Notes under the pieces: generated by a model | Told to the model about the DNA's origin: nothing | What the model saw: only the letters and a program-made list of their open reading frames with translations | The model's database searches: none | Translations under genes and position numbers: made by a program | DNA from: Acidimicrobiia bacterium | GTDB lineage: Bacteria; Actinomycetota; Acidimicrobiia; Spongiisociales; ZC4RG35 | DNA: 64,000 nucleotides | Direction of reading: 5' to 3' | NCBI GenBank assembly: GCA_965203555.1 | Contig: CBDBCY010000004.1 | Span: forward strand, 2,240,001-2,304,000 | In this document: piece by piece, positions 38,949 to 49,088 of the stretch | Position numbering within the stretch: the stretch's first letter is position 1 | How the letters are laid out: every line of letters begins with the position of its first letter

Positions 38949-40097
38949 TTGACTGGAATCGGAATGATCGGAATGGGTCTGATGGGATCCAAACACTGCC
39001 AGGCAATCCTGAGTGCCGCCACTCGTTTTGATGAATTGCGTTCTGATCCTCCCCGCCTGGTTGTTTGTGTGGATGAGTCCCTCGATCAGGTGGAAAGAGC
39101 CAGAGCTCTATACGGGTTCGAGCGGGGCGCCACTTCCTGGCAGGAGGTGATCGAGGCCGATGATGTGGACCTGGTGATGATCTGTTCCCCAAACGCCACC
39201 CACGCCCGGTTTGCTCAAGCCGCCGGCGAGGCGGGAAAGAATGTTTTCTGCGAGAAACCGGTGGGCCGCTCACCTGAGGAGACCCGTCGTATTGCTGAAT
39301 CGGCTTCCCGAAACGGTGTCCGGTCCATGGTGGGCTATGTCTATCGATGGGCGCCGATGGCGAGATATGCTCAACAGTTGGTGGCGGAGGGCGCGATCGG
39401 CGAGGTGACCCATTATCGAGGTCGTTTTCTAGTGGGATACGGCAAAGACCCGGCCACGCCCCTGTCCTGGCGGTTCGATGGAGACGCGGCGGGGTTCGGG
39501 GCGCTGGGCGACCTGATGTCTCATGTGCTGGACATGTCCCACTTCATCGCCGGAAAGGTCCATGAGGTGGTGGCCGACACGCACACCTTTATCAGGGAGC
39601 GCCCAGTACCCGACCGCTCGGATAGTCATGTATTCGGCGCTCAAGCCACTGCCACCAGGGGCCCCGTTACCAACGATGACTACGCGACAGCCCTGATCCG
39701 TCTGAGCAACGGCGGGCGAGGGTATCTGGAAGCCTGTCGGATAATCAACGGTCCCGTTTGCCGGATGGCTTTTGATGTGCACGGAACCGAGGGGGCCGTC
39801 TCATGGAATCTGGAGCGCATGAACGAACTGGTGGTCATGCATGATTCCCATCCCGATAGCGAGCGGACCATTCTGAGCGGCCCCCGCCACCCGGGACAGG
39901 CGGGTTTCTGGCCCGGTCCCGGGGTGGGCATCGGCTACGAGGACATAGTCAGTATCCAGGCCGCGGCTATGATCCGCCACATGGAGACCGGGGAGGGCTG
40001 GGTTCCCACCTTCGAAGACGCCCGATATGTTGCTAACGCACAGGAAGCGATAATGAACTCGTCGACCAGACGCGGATGGGAAAGGATCCCCGACTGA
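38949..40097 (+). CDS. Gfo/Idh/MocA oxidoreductase (inositol 2-dehydrogenase/levoglucosan dehydrogenase-like)
   Basis: GMIGMGLMG, CSPNATH, FCEKP, SWRF, GALGDLMSH, NDD. Confidence 0.88.
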   Translation: MTGIGMIGMGLMGSKHCQAILSAATRFDELRSDPPRLVVCVDESLDQVERARALYGFERGATSWQEVIEADDVDLVMICSPNATHARFAQAAGEAGKNVFCEKPVGRSPEETRRIAESASRNGVRSMVGYVYRWAPMARYAQQLVAEGAIGEVTHYRGRFLVGYGKDPATPLSWRFDGDAAGFGALGDLMSHVLDMSHFIAGKVHEVVADTHTFIRERPVPDRSDSHVFGAQATATRGPVTNDDYATALIRLSNGGRGYLEACRIINGPVCRMAFDVHGTEGAVSWNLERMNELVVMHDSHPDSERTILSGPRHPGQAGFWPGPGVGIGYEDIVSIQAAAMIRHMETGEGWVPTFEDARYVANAQEAIMNSSTRRGWERIPD

Positions 40098-41167
40098 TTG
40101 TGGCTGCGGGGAACGAACCACTGCGCTGGGGTCTAATGAGCACGGCGCGAATCAACGACCGCATTGTCGAGGCGGTGGCCATGTCCGGGCGTTCGGTTGT
40201 CACCGCCATTGCCAGCCGGGACGAAGAACGGGCACGTACCTATGCACGGTCAATGGGGATTCCCCTTTCCTTTGGCAGCTATGACCGGATGCTTGCCTCC
40301 GACGAGGTGGATGTGGTGTACGTCTCCCTGCCCAACTGGCTGCATGTCCCTTGGGGAGTGAAAGCGGCAAGATCGGGTAAGCACGCACTGATCGAGAAGC
40401 CCATCGCTATTTATCCGGGTGAGGTTGAACGGCTGGTGCAGGCTGTCGAGGAGAATGAGGTGATCATCCAGGAAGCGTCGATGATGCGTTTCCACCCCCA
40501 GACCGCACTCCTTAGCCGGTTGGTATCGGAGGGAGTGATCGGAGTCCCCCGGTGGGCCCAGGGGACCTTCAGCTTCACTTTGCTGTACACCGATGACATC
40601 CGGCTCGATTCGAGGGGTGGAGGGTCGGTATGGGATCTGGGCTGCTATCCGGTCACCCTGTTCCAGGCCGTCTTGCAGAGACGACCCGTCGAGGTGGAGG
40701 GATTCATTAGAAGAGCGGGACAATCGGCGGACCTGACCTTTGCTGCCCAGATCCACTATGAAGGGGGAGTGATGGGACAATTCGTCACCAGCATGGAATC
40801 GCTGCCCTCCTGGTCGGGCGAGTTTGTCGGCTCCCGAGGCCGCATCCGTGTCTCATACCCCTGGCTCAGCCAGGTGGAACTCGCTTCCACGGTGGAGGTG
40901 GTCACCCATATGTCGGAGGTGGTCGGCCTTTCCAAGTCCGGGGACGACAACCGGGCGTTTGGTGACGAGGCTGATAATCAATCCACCAGCTATCACACCT
41001 TCGAAGGCACCAACGCCTATTTTGAAGAAGTAAAGGCCATGGAGAGAATGATTCTCGACGCCGAGCCGATGATTTTCCCGCTCCAGGAGAGCGCGGTGAA
41101 CATGGCCACCATCCGCGCTCTGATCGAGTCGGCGGACCGTCGAAAGGCGGTGACAGTAGATGAGTGA
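40076..41167 (+). CDS. Gfo/Idh/MocA oxidoreductase (xylose/scyllo-inositol dehydrogenase-like); start may be GTG 40100
   Basis: RWGLMSTARI, LPNWLH, IEKP, RFHPQ, GGSVWDLGCY. Confidence 0.88.
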   Translation: MGKDPRLIVAAGNEPLRWGLMSTARINDRIVEAVAMSGRSVVTAIASRDEERARTYARSMGIPLSFGSYDRMLASDEVDVVYVSLPNWLHVPWGVKAARSGKHALIEKPIAIYPGEVERLVQAVEENEVIIQEASMMRFHPQTALLSRLVSEGVIGVPRWAQGTFSFTLLYTDDIRLDSRGGGSVWDLGCYPVTLFQAVLQRRPVEVEGFIRRAGQSADLTFAAQIHYEGGVMGQFVTSMESLPSWSGEFVGSRGRIRVSYPWLSQVELASTVEVVTHMSEVVGLSKSGDDNRAFGDEADNQSTSYHTFEGTNAYFEEVKAMERMILDAEPMIFPLQESAVNMATIRALIESADRRKAVTVDE

Positions 41168-41549
41168 CAACGGCCTGTTCGGGCACCTCACCAGGTTGCA
41201 GCATGTGAACATCCCGTCGACTGACCTGGCCAGATCCAGAGAGTTCTATCTGGAAAAGCTCGGCCTGCCCGAACTCCCCCGTCCGCCGTTCGAATCCCCT
41301 GGTGTCTGGGTTGGCGCCGGACCTGAGAACGCTATCCACATCAGCAAGGTTCCGGCCCTGGGGCCGAATCCCAACAATCACTTGGCCTTGGAGGTGGAGA
41401 ATTTGGATGATCTTGTGAAGGTTCTCACAGCTCGAGGAGTGGATTGTCGCCTTCCTCCGCATGTGGCCGCCGCCGGACGCCAGGCGTTTCTCAGCGATCC
41501 GGACGGCAACATGATCGAGTTGAACCAGCCGCCGGGCCAGACCGGGTAA
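41160..41549 (+). CDS. VOC/glyoxalase family protein
   Basis: LQHVNI, SREFY, HLALEV, DPDGNMIEL. Confidence 0.9.
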   Translation: MSDNGLFGHLTRLQHVNIPSTDLARSREFYLEKLGLPELPRPPFESPGVWVGAGPENAIHISKVPALGPNPNNHLALEVENLDDLVKVLTARGVDCRLPPHVAAAGRQAFLSDPDGNMIELNQPPGQTG

Positions 41550-41565
41550 CAGGGATCATCGGAGA

Positions 41566-42543
41566 TTGATCGGCGCCGCGGTGAATGACTGTGCCCCCGG
41601 GGAGGTCCGCATCGAAATTCCTGCCGAGGCGCCCGCCGAGGTGCTCGCTTTCAATAACGCCTTGGGCCTGGCCTTCGCGCATCTTCCCAAGATCTATGAG
41701 GTGGGCCCGGCGGTTGCCCGACAGGCCCGAGAGGAGGGAAAGTCTGTGTTCGGCGCCTTGGTCTATTCGGAACGGGCTTGCGAAAAGACAGTGGAGGGGC
41801 CGTCGGGTCCGGTCCGTTTCCGGGTGATACCACCTGCCGGCGAATCCCGGGGGGTCTTTCTGCACATTCACGGCGGCGGATGGGTATTGGGCGGCGCCCA
41901 TCACCACGACCCGATGCTGGAGAGACTGGCCGACGCGACCGGTCTGACGGTGGTCTCCACCTATTACCGGTTGGCGCCCGAGAACCCCTATCCGGCCGGA
42001 CCGGACGACTGCGAGGCGGCCGCGTTATGGCTGTACAACAATTCTCTCCGGGCCTTTGGCGCAGAGTTGGTGGCCATCGGGGGCGAGTCGGCGGGGGCTC
42101 ATCTTGCCGCAGTCACCTGTCTTCGCCTCCGGGACCGTCACGGGCTCCAGCCCTTCCAAGCCGCCCTCCTGGCCTACGGCGCATACGACCTGCGGGGCAC
42201 GCCCTCGGTGCGAGAAGCGGGGGAGGAGACACTGATCCTCACCACCGGCGTAATCCGGTGGTTCACCGAGCAGTTCGCCGGGCGACAGGACCTGTCCGGC
42301 CCCGACATCTCCCCGATTTTCGCCGATCTGGCGGGACTGCCCCCTGCCTTATTCACCGTGGGGACCGTCGATCCGCTGTTCGATGACTCGCTTTTCATGT
42401 TCAGCCGGTGGCGTAAGGCCGGAAACGGGGCGGAACTGGCTATCTGGCCAGAGGGAATCCATGCTTTTGACTACTTCGACACCGAGTACGGCCGGGCGGC
42501 CCGAGATTGGATGCACACCTTCTTGAACCGAATTCTTGGCTGA
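41566..42543 (+). CDS. HSL-family esterase/lipase
   Basis: HIHGGGW, YRLAPE, GESAG, DPL, HAF. Confidence 0.92.
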   Translation: MIGAAVNDCAPGEVRIEIPAEAPAEVLAFNNALGLAFAHLPKIYEVGPAVARQAREEGKSVFGALVYSERACEKTVEGPSGPVRFRVIPPAGESRGVFLHIHGGGWVLGGAHHHDPMLERLADATGLTVVSTYYRLAPENPYPAGPDDCEAAALWLYNNSLRAFGAELVAIGGESAGAHLAAVTCLRLRDRHGLQPFQAALLAYGAYDLRGTPSVREAGEETLILTTGVIRWFTEQFAGRQDLSGPDISPIFADLAGLPPALFTVGTVDPLFDDSLFMFSRWRKAGNGAELAIWPEGIHAFDYFDTEYGRAARDWMHTFLNRILG

Positions 42544-42589
42544 AATCGCCTTTAATATCGGGAGGACGTAGCAAACAGAGGAGAACGGA

Positions 42590-43642
42590 ATGGATCTCTT
42601 GAGTGGAGTAAGGGCACAGACGGTCAGCACCGATCGTCTCGAGACTTTCGTGTACGAGTCCGGCCCCGAAGATGGAATCCCGGTGGTGATGATTCACGGC
42701 AACCTTTCCACTGGACGTTTCTTTGAACACCTTTGGTCCGGTGCGCCCGAGCGCTACCGGTTCATTGCCCCCGATATGCGGTCGTTCGGGCGTTCGGAAC
42801 CGAAACCCATCGAAGCAACTCGGGGCTTGAGGGACTGGGCGGACGACACCCACGCACTGGTGCAAGCGCTGGGGATCCAGCGGCCTGTCCATCTGGTGGG
42901 CTGGTCGACCGGCGGCTCGGCGATCGCCGCTTACGCAAGGGATCGGCAAGTTGCCTCTCTGACGATGATCGATCCGGTGTCTCCCTATGGGTTCGGCGCC
43001 TGCCAACGGGACGGGACTCCCTGCTATACCGACTGGGCAGGTTCGGGGGGAGGAACCGGCAATCCGGATTTCACCGCTCGCCTGGCGGCGGGAGACCGAT
43101 CGACCGAGGACATGGTCTCGCCCCGCAACGTTATGAATTCCTCCTACTGGGCGCCCACTCATCGCGAGCCTCCCGAAAGGGAAGAGGTGTTGTTGGACGA
43201 GGTCTTGCTATCGGTCACCGGCGATGACGGGTATCCCGGCGACTTCACTCCGTCGGGAAACTGGCCGGGGGTGGCGCCCGGCAGGCGGGGCATTCTGAAC
43301 GCGCTGTCCGGCAAGTACAGCGATTGGTCGGACATCGTCGACGTCGACCCCAAGCCTCCGGTGCTTTGGACTCATGGCTCTGCCGACATTGTGGTCGCCG
43401 ATGGTTCGGCCTGGGAGATGGGGACTCTCGGGCAGGCGGGATTCGTTCCCGGCTGGCCGGGTGCGGAGGCGTTTCCTCCCCAGTTGATGGTGTCCCAGAT
43501 ACGCGATGTCTTGGAGCAGTACCAAGCGGCAGGTGGCCGGGTGGTTATGGAGATGTTCGAAGGATCAGGTCATGGCCCGCAATTCGACGCGGCTCAGGCC
43601 TGGTCGGAAGCCTTCTTCGATTTTCTGGCGTCGGTAGAGTAG
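42590..43642 (+). CDS. Alpha/beta hydrolase
   Basis: IHGNLS, APDMRSFG, GWSTGG, SGHGP. Confidence 0.9.
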   Translation: MDLLSGVRAQTVSTDRLETFVYESGPEDGIPVVMIHGNLSTGRFFEHLWSGAPERYRFIAPDMRSFGRSEPKPIEATRGLRDWADDTHALVQALGIQRPVHLVGWSTGGSAIAAYARDRQVASLTMIDPVSPYGFGACQRDGTPCYTDWAGSGGGTGNPDFTARLAAGDRSTEDMVSPRNVMNSSYWAPTHREPPEREEVLLDEVLLSVTGDDGYPGDFTPSGNWPGVAPGRRGILNALSGKYSDWSDIVDVDPKPPVLWTHGSADIVVADGSAWEMGTLGQAGFVPGWPGAEAFPPQLMVSQIRDVLEQYQAAGGRVVMEMFEGSGHGPQFDAAQAWSEAFFDFLASVE

Positions 43643-43659
43643 CAGTCCGGCTTCCCGCG

Positions 43660-43986
43660 CTACTCGGTGCCGCGGAAATTGCTTTCGTCTATCTGACCGC
43701 TCACAATCCAGATGACCCTCTTTGTGATGGCCGGGTCCACCTCCTTGCGATGTTTGGCCAACTGCTTTGAGAATCGGTGCTCATCCACGGCGGCCTCGTC
43801 GGCGTAGAGCTCGAACAGGGCGTAACGATTGGGGTTGCGGGCATCTACGAACACGTCGAAGACCAGGCAGCCCTCCTCGCCGTTCAGAGTGGCTTCGGAG
43901 TGATTCAGCATGTTGCCATGAAACTTGTCCCGCTGGGCGGGATCGATGTCCAATTCGACGTAGTAACCAATTTCTTTCATAGTCAT
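43660..43986 (-). CDS. ABM/LsrG-like cofactor-free monooxygenase or isomerase
   Basis: EEGCLVFDV, FELYADEAAVDEH. Confidence 0.85.
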   Translation of the reverse strand: MTMKEIGYYVELDIDPAQRDKFHGNMLNHSEATLNGEEGCLVFDVFVDARNPNRYALFELYADEAAVDEHRFSKQLAKHRKEVDPAITKRVIWIVSGQIDESNFRGTE

Positions 43987-44072
43987 TCCCTTCTCATGTT
44001 GCCGGCTTCACGTCCGCTTGCCGACCGCCCGGGATTCCAGAAGCCGATCAACACATCGAGTACCTGGCGTGA

Positions 44073-44873
44073 TCAGAGTTTGTCAGATGAGAAGTCGAAT
44101 TCGTCCATGTTCGGGCCATGGCCGAGCATCGCCCAGCCTCCATCCACATAGATGATCTGGCCGGTGATCATCTCAGCGGCGTCGCTGGTAAGGAAAGTCA
44201 CCACTCCCACATAATCGTCGGGCGTCATCACCCGACCGAGCGGCGTCACCCTGGACCAGTCGTCAGCGTAGCCTTCGCTGTACCGGAGGTTGCGGGCGGT
44301 GAGAGTGGCGCCCGGCGCTACTGCGTTCACCCTGACACCGGGGGCCAGATCCAGGGCCAACTGCCTGGTCATGGATTCCAGGCCACCCTTGGCCATGGTG
44401 TACGCGCCGTGGAAAGGCATGATCGCCTCCACCGCGATGCTTGAGATGTTGACTATCGATCCCCCTTCACTGTCGTTCATGATCTCCGAAGCCTTCAGAG
44501 ACAGGAAGAAGGGACCCTTCAGCACCGTATTGACCACGTCGTCAAAGTCCACCTCGGTAGTTTCGTGAATGGGTCCGAAGCGGGTGCGCGCCGCGTTGTT
44601 CACCAGGATGTCAAGTCTTCCGAAGCGCTCCGCCACCTCATCCACCGCGGCCAAACACCGGTTGAGGTCGGCGAGTTCCAGTTGTACCGGGCAGGCGTCG
44701 CCGCCTGCATCGGTTATGGCTGCGACGGTCTGCTCGGCCCCGTCGGCGTCGGTGTGGTACCCGATGGCCACCGAGGCGCCATGCCGGGCCAGTCCTATGG
44801 CGATCCCCTCTCCAATTCCCTTGCTCGCTCCGGTTACGAAGGCTGTCTTTCCTGCATGGCTGGGGGTACCCAT
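44073..44873 (-). CDS. SDR family oxidoreductase
   Basis: TGASKGIG, NNAA, NISS, YTMAK, VDGG. Confidence 0.93.
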   Translation of the reverse strand: MGTPSHAGKTAFVTGASKGIGEGIAIGLARHGASVAIGYHTDADGAEQTVAAITDAGGDACPVQLELADLNRCLAAVDEVAERFGRLDILVNNAARTRFGPIHETTEVDFDDVVNTVLKGPFFLSLKASEIMNDSEGGSIVNISSIAVEAIMPFHGAYTMAKGGLESMTRQLALDLAPGVRVNAVAPGATLTARNLRYSEGYADDWSRVTPLGRVMTPDDYVGVVTFLTSDAAEMITGQIIYVDGGWAMLGHGPNMDEFDFSSDKL

Positions 44874-44908
44874 GAAGAGATTATATTACCGGACAACCAG
44901 CGGACCGG

Positions 44909-45616
44909 TCAGGCTCGGATGGACTCCAAATAAACCAGGGAAGTTGCCAGGTGTTCTTCCATGGCGGCTCGGGCGCCCTCCACATCACGGTTGGTAACGG
45001 TCTTCATGATGCGTTCATGTTCGGGGAGGCTCCGCATGATGCGATGGTCGGGCCGGGCCAGAGGTCGCATGGCAGTTTGAAGCGCCTTCTGCAAAGGTTC
45101 CAGCATCTTGCCGAGCACCACGTTTCCGGTTGCCTTGAATATGGCCGAATGGAAGCTCGCGTCGGTTTTGAGATAGTTCCTCTCATCCAGTGGATTGACC
45201 ACGGCGGACTTGGCGGCGATCTCCAAGTTTTCGAAGGCATCCTTGATAACTTGGAGTTCCTCGTCCGACGCCCGCTGGGCGGCCAGCGCCACTGCTTCCA
45301 CTTCCAAAATCCGGCGGGCTTCCAAGAAATCTCCCAGAACCCGGTTGCTGCGGGCGGTGGCCAGGGTGATATCAAGGACATCGGCGTCAAGGATGTCCCA
45401 TTGCTCGGACGGTTGGACAACCGCTCCCACCCCGTGCGTGACTTTGACCAAGCCCCGCTCCTCGAGAGCCCGCACCGACTCCCGGATGGTGCCCCTGCTG
45501 GCCCCGAAGCGCTCCGTCAGATCATTCTCCTTGGGAAGCCGCTCTCCTTCGGAGTATCGACCCGAAATGATATCTCCCATCAGGACGCGCATCGCATCCC
45601 TGCTCAGCCTCGACAT
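44909..45616 (-). CDS. GntR/FadR family transcriptional regulator
   Basis: LPKENDL, SRGTIRE winged HTH, FCD domain (FHSAI, EHERI). Confidence 0.93.
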   Translation of the reverse strand: MSRLSRDAMRVLMGDIISGRYSEGERLPKENDLTERFGASRGTIRESVRALEERGLVKVTHGVGAVVQPSEQWDILDADVLDITLATARSNRVLGDFLEARRILEVEAVALAAQRASDEELQVIKDAFENLEIAAKSAVVNPLDERNYLKTDASFHSAIFKATGNVVLGKMLEPLQKALQTAMRPLARPDHRIMRSLPEHERIMKTVTNRDVEGARAAMEEHLATSLVYLESIRA

Positions 45617-45691
45617 GAGGTTCCTTTCTCTGCTGACACCTGGCCCGAACCGGATATTAGACGGATGAAAAGGTTTTCCAGCCGCCGGTAT

Positions 45692-47593
45692 TCACGCTCC
45701 TGCGTAGTAAAACCTCTGGGACTCGCGACCCTTGAGGTGCAATTCGGCAATCTGGCGCATCTCGGCCTTTTCGGACTCTTCGGCAATACCCACATCCCAC
45801 CAGGCCCCCCCGCCGGGCAGCATCCGGTAGGGCTCCACGGGGCAAACGATCACCACGGGGAGTGCGGTCCGGCGAGCTTCGGCAAGGGCATCTTCGAGGT
45901 CATCGACATCGGGAGCATGGAATACCCGGCAGCCAAGACTCTGAGCGTTGAGAACGAAGTCGACGGGAAGGACGCTGCCGGTGAGACGTTGCGTGTCGTC
46001 CTCCCGATACCGCAGTTCAGTGCCGAACAGAACGCCGGTCGTGCCCTCCTGAAGGGCTCTGATGGATTGGTACCCGTCGTTGGTGACCAGGATCACCGTA
46101 ACTTTGATTCCTTCTTGAACAGCCGAGACTATCTCTGGATTGGACAACAGCCACCCTCCCTCACCCTGGATAACGTATACCTCGGTGTCCCCCGGTCGAG
46201 CCATCTTGTATCCCATGGCCCCGGGCACCTCGTGGCCCATGCAGGAATAGCCGAACTCGAGATGCACCTCGGTCCCGTTCGAGTGATCCCACATCTTGTG
46301 CACGTCGGCCGGTGGGGATCCCGCCGCCGCCACCATCACATCCCCCGGTTGGGCCTGGCCGTTCACGGTCCGTAACACTTCACCCTGGCTCATGATCTGT
46401 CCCGGTGGACGTTCCAAGTGGTGGTCCATCAGGTCGGCCCAGACTCGGCCCTCGGCTGTGGTCTGGGTTCGGTACTCGTCGCTCGCTGTCCAGCCGGCTT
46501 GTTCCAGAATCTCGCCGAGCCTCTCCACCGACAGTTTGGCGTCGGCCACAATCGGTGCACCGCCCAGTTTGTAGGCGTCGCGGCCGGCGACATTTATACC
46601 GACAAACCGCACTCCGCGGTTTTGGAAGAGAGAGTTGGAAGCGGTGGTGAAGTCCTGCAGCCTGGTTCCTACGCAGATCACCAGGTCGGCGCGCGACGCC
46701 ATGGCATTGGCGCCACCAGTGCCCGTGACTCCCACCGCGCCCAAGTGATACGGTCCCGCCGGAACAGACGCCTTTCCGGCAAAGGTCTCACCCACCGGCA
46801 CCCCGAAACGCTCAGAGAACTCCGCTACCGTGGCGCCCGCCCGCGAGTAGCGAATCCCGCCACCGGCGATCAGGAACGGTCGTTCGGAAGCCCGGATCAA
46901 CTCGGCAGCCCGGGCGATCTGCTCTTCGGCCGGGGGCCTGCGAGGTATGTGCCACACCCGTGGTTCGAAAAAGCGTACCGGAAAGTCCCACGCTTCTCCT
47001 TCTGTGTCCTGGTGGAAAGAGATCGTCACTGCTCCCGTATCGGCTTGATCGGTCAACACTCGGCAGGCCTCGGGAAGCGCGGTGAGAAGATGCTCGGGAT
47101 AGCTGACCCGATCAAAGAACCGTGATACCGGCCGGAAGGAGTCGTTCACCGTGATATCCCCGCCCATCAGGTCCTCGATCTGCTGGAGCACTGGCCCTTG
47201 GCGCCGCCGAACGAAAGTGTCGGCCGGCAACAGCAGCACCGGTAACCGGTTGGAGGTGGCAGTGGCCGCACCCGTGACCATGTTGGTGGCGCCGGGACCG
47301 ATGGAGGCGGCACAGGCGAAGGTAGAAAGACGGTCTTTCGCCTTGGCGTAGCCCATGGCCTGATGCACCGCCGACTGCTCGTTCTTGGCCTGATAGAACG
47401 CGAGGTCGTGACCGTACTCCTCGAGCGCCTGCCCCAGTCCCACCACGTTGCCGTGTCCGAAGAGCCCGAATATCCCCCGGAACAGGCGCTCCCGCTCACC
47501 GTCGAATTCTGTCCATTGGGCCTGAAGGAATTTCACGATGGCTTGGGCAGTGGTAAGCCGGATCGTCCTGTCCATATCTTTGCCGTTCATCAT
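45692..47593 (-). CDS. iolD: 3D-(3,5/4)-trihydroxycyclohexane-1,2-dione acylhydrolase (ThDP-dependent)
   Basis: TIRLTTAQA, FGHGNV, NEQ, SIGPGATNMVT, PVLQQIE, GTRLQDFTTAS, EFGYSCMG, WWDV. Confidence 0.93.
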   Translation of the reverse strand: MMNGKDMDRTIRLTTAQAIVKFLQAQWTEFDGERERLFRGIFGLFGHGNVVGLGQALEEYGHDLAFYQAKNEQSAVHQAMGYAKAKDRLSTFACAASIGPGATNMVTGAATATSNRLPVLLLPADTFVRRRQGPVLQQIEDLMGGDITVNDSFRPVSRFFDRVSYPEHLLTALPEACRVLTDQADTGAVTISFHQDTEGEAWDFPVRFFEPRVWHIPRRPPAEEQIARAAELIRASERPFLIAGGGIRYSRAGATVAEFSERFGVPVGETFAGKASVPAGPYHLGAVGVTGTGGANAMASRADLVICVGTRLQDFTTASNSLFQNRGVRFVGINVAGRDAYKLGGAPIVADAKLSVERLGEILEQAGWTASDEYRTQTTAEGRVWADLMDHHLERPPGQIMSQGEVLRTVNGQAQPGDVMVAAAGSPPADVHKMWDHSNGTEVHLEFGYSCMGHEVPGAMGYKMARPGDTEVYVIQGEGGWLLSNPEIVSAVQEGIKVTVILVTNDGYQSIRALQEGTTGVLFGTELRYREDDTQRLTGSVLPVDFVLNAQSLGCRVFHAPDVDDLEDALAEARRTALPVVIVCPVEPYRMLPGGGAWWDVGIAEESEKAEMRQIAELHLKGRESQRFYYAGA

Positions 47594-47629
47594 CTTCCTG
47601 TTTCCTTTCTCCTCCGGATCTCATTTTTC

Positions 47630-49060
47630 CTAACCGGGATGGATCACCACCGTCTTGGACTCGGTCATCTCTTCAATGGCGTACTTGGGCCCCTCCTTGC
47701 CGATCCCGCTTCCCTTCAGCCCACCGTATGGCATAGGGTCTACCCGCCACAGCGGGCCCCAGTTAATGTGCACGTTTCCTGCGTCCACCTCCCGGGCGAA
47801 ACGGACGGCGGCGCCGATATCGCGGGTGAACACTCCTGCCCCCAATCCGTAGGAGGTCTGGTTGCACAGGGCTATAGCCTCATCGATACTGTCGACCGGA
47901 ACAACGCCCACGGCCGGACCGAACAGTTCCTCGGAAAAGAGAGTCGTGTCCCGCGGAACATCCGCCACCACGGTGGCTTGGTGCAATGCGCCGTTCACTT
48001 CCCCGCCCACCACTACTCTGGCGCCCTTGGATTCGGCGTCGGCTATAACTCTGCGTACCCGATCGGCCTCTCCGGAACTTATCATCGGACCCATGTCGGT
48101 GCTCTCGTCGATTGGATCACCGGGCTGAATCGCTGAGAATTGATCCCCCAGGGCATCCAGAAAGTCCTGATAGGAACGACGCTCCACCAGCACCCGCTGG
48201 GCAGAGATACACACCTGTCCGGCGTTGACCGTACCGGCTTTGGCCGTTGCCGAGGCAGCCAGGTCCAGATCAGCGTCAGGGAGGACCACCACGGGACAAT
48301 TGGCGCCCAATTCGAGCAGGAGCCTCTTCACCCCTGCGACTTCGGTAATGCTCTTACCCACCGCCGCGCTGCCGGTAAAACTGACCACCCTGACCCGATC
48401 GTCGGTGGATAGCCGGGCGCCCACCTCCCCGCCGGGTCCGGTGATGCACTGAACGGCGCCTTCGGGAAAGCCGATGTCCAGCAGAAGGCTCATGAAGGCA
48501 AGAGCGCTGAGGGGCGTGTAGGAGGCCGGCTTCACAATCACCGGGTTTCCTGCTGCCAGTGCAGGCCCTACCTTGTGGGCGACCAGCAGGAGGGGATAGT
48601 TGAAGGGAGTGATGGCGGCCACCACCCCGGCGGGCTGGCGAAGCGTGAAACCCAAGCGTCCTTCACCTCCCGGGCTGCCGTCGAGTGGGAGCACCTCACC
48701 CTCGATACGGCGAGCTTCACCTGCGCAATAGCGGAGCAAGGCGCCTAATCGCCCGGCTTCTCCACGCGCCTCGGTGACAGTCTTTCCCTGCTCGGCGACC
48801 ACCAGCCCGGCCAGATACTCGGTGGCTTCGTCGCATTTGAGAGCGGCTCTTTCCAGCAGGTCGGCCCGTTGGTGGGCGCTGAGTGCTCTCATCGGTTTGG
48901 CGGCCGCAGCCGCCGCCGTCAAAGTGGCTTCGATATCCTGCTCTGTGACCGAGGAGATCTCTGCGACCACCTCTCTGTTATAGGGATTCAAGACGCCCAT
49001 CGGGGTGCCTCGCGGCGCTTGGCCGGCGGAGAGCCGGGGATCCTGCAGAGTTTCAATCAT
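47630..49060 (-). CDS. Aldehyde dehydrogenase (lactaldehyde DH-like, not obviously IolA)
   Basis: ITPFNYP, FTGS, LELG, GQVCIS, EELFGP, PYGGLKGSG. Confidence 0.92.
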   Translation of the reverse strand: MIETLQDPRLSAGQAPRGTPMGVLNPYNREVVAEISSVTEQDIEATLTAAAAAAKPMRALSAHQRADLLERAALKCDEATEYLAGLVVAEQGKTVTEARGEAGRLGALLRYCAGEARRIEGEVLPLDGSPGGEGRLGFTLRQPAGVVAAITPFNYPLLLVAHKVGPALAAGNPVIVKPASYTPLSALAFMSLLLDIGFPEGAVQCITGPGGEVGARLSTDDRVRVVSFTGSAAVGKSITEVAGVKRLLLELGANCPVVVLPDADLDLAASATAKAGTVNAGQVCISAQRVLVERRSYQDFLDALGDQFSAIQPGDPIDESTDMGPMISSGEADRVRRVIADAESKGARVVVGGEVNGALHQATVVADVPRDTTLFSEELFGPAVGVVPVDSIDEAIALCNQTSYGLGAGVFTRDIGAAVRFAREVDAGNVHINWGPLWRVDPMPYGGLKGSGIGKEGPKYAIEEMTESKTVVIHPG

Positions 49061-49088
49061 ATTTGAAGCCTAGGGGTGCCCATCAGGC

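Noticed and set aside
44951-46375. Long antisense ORFs (474 aa here; also 16849-18240, 27795-29189, 13048-14214)
   Set aside because: They are shadows of well-supported genes on the other strand, as expected in high-GC DNA, and carry no motifs.
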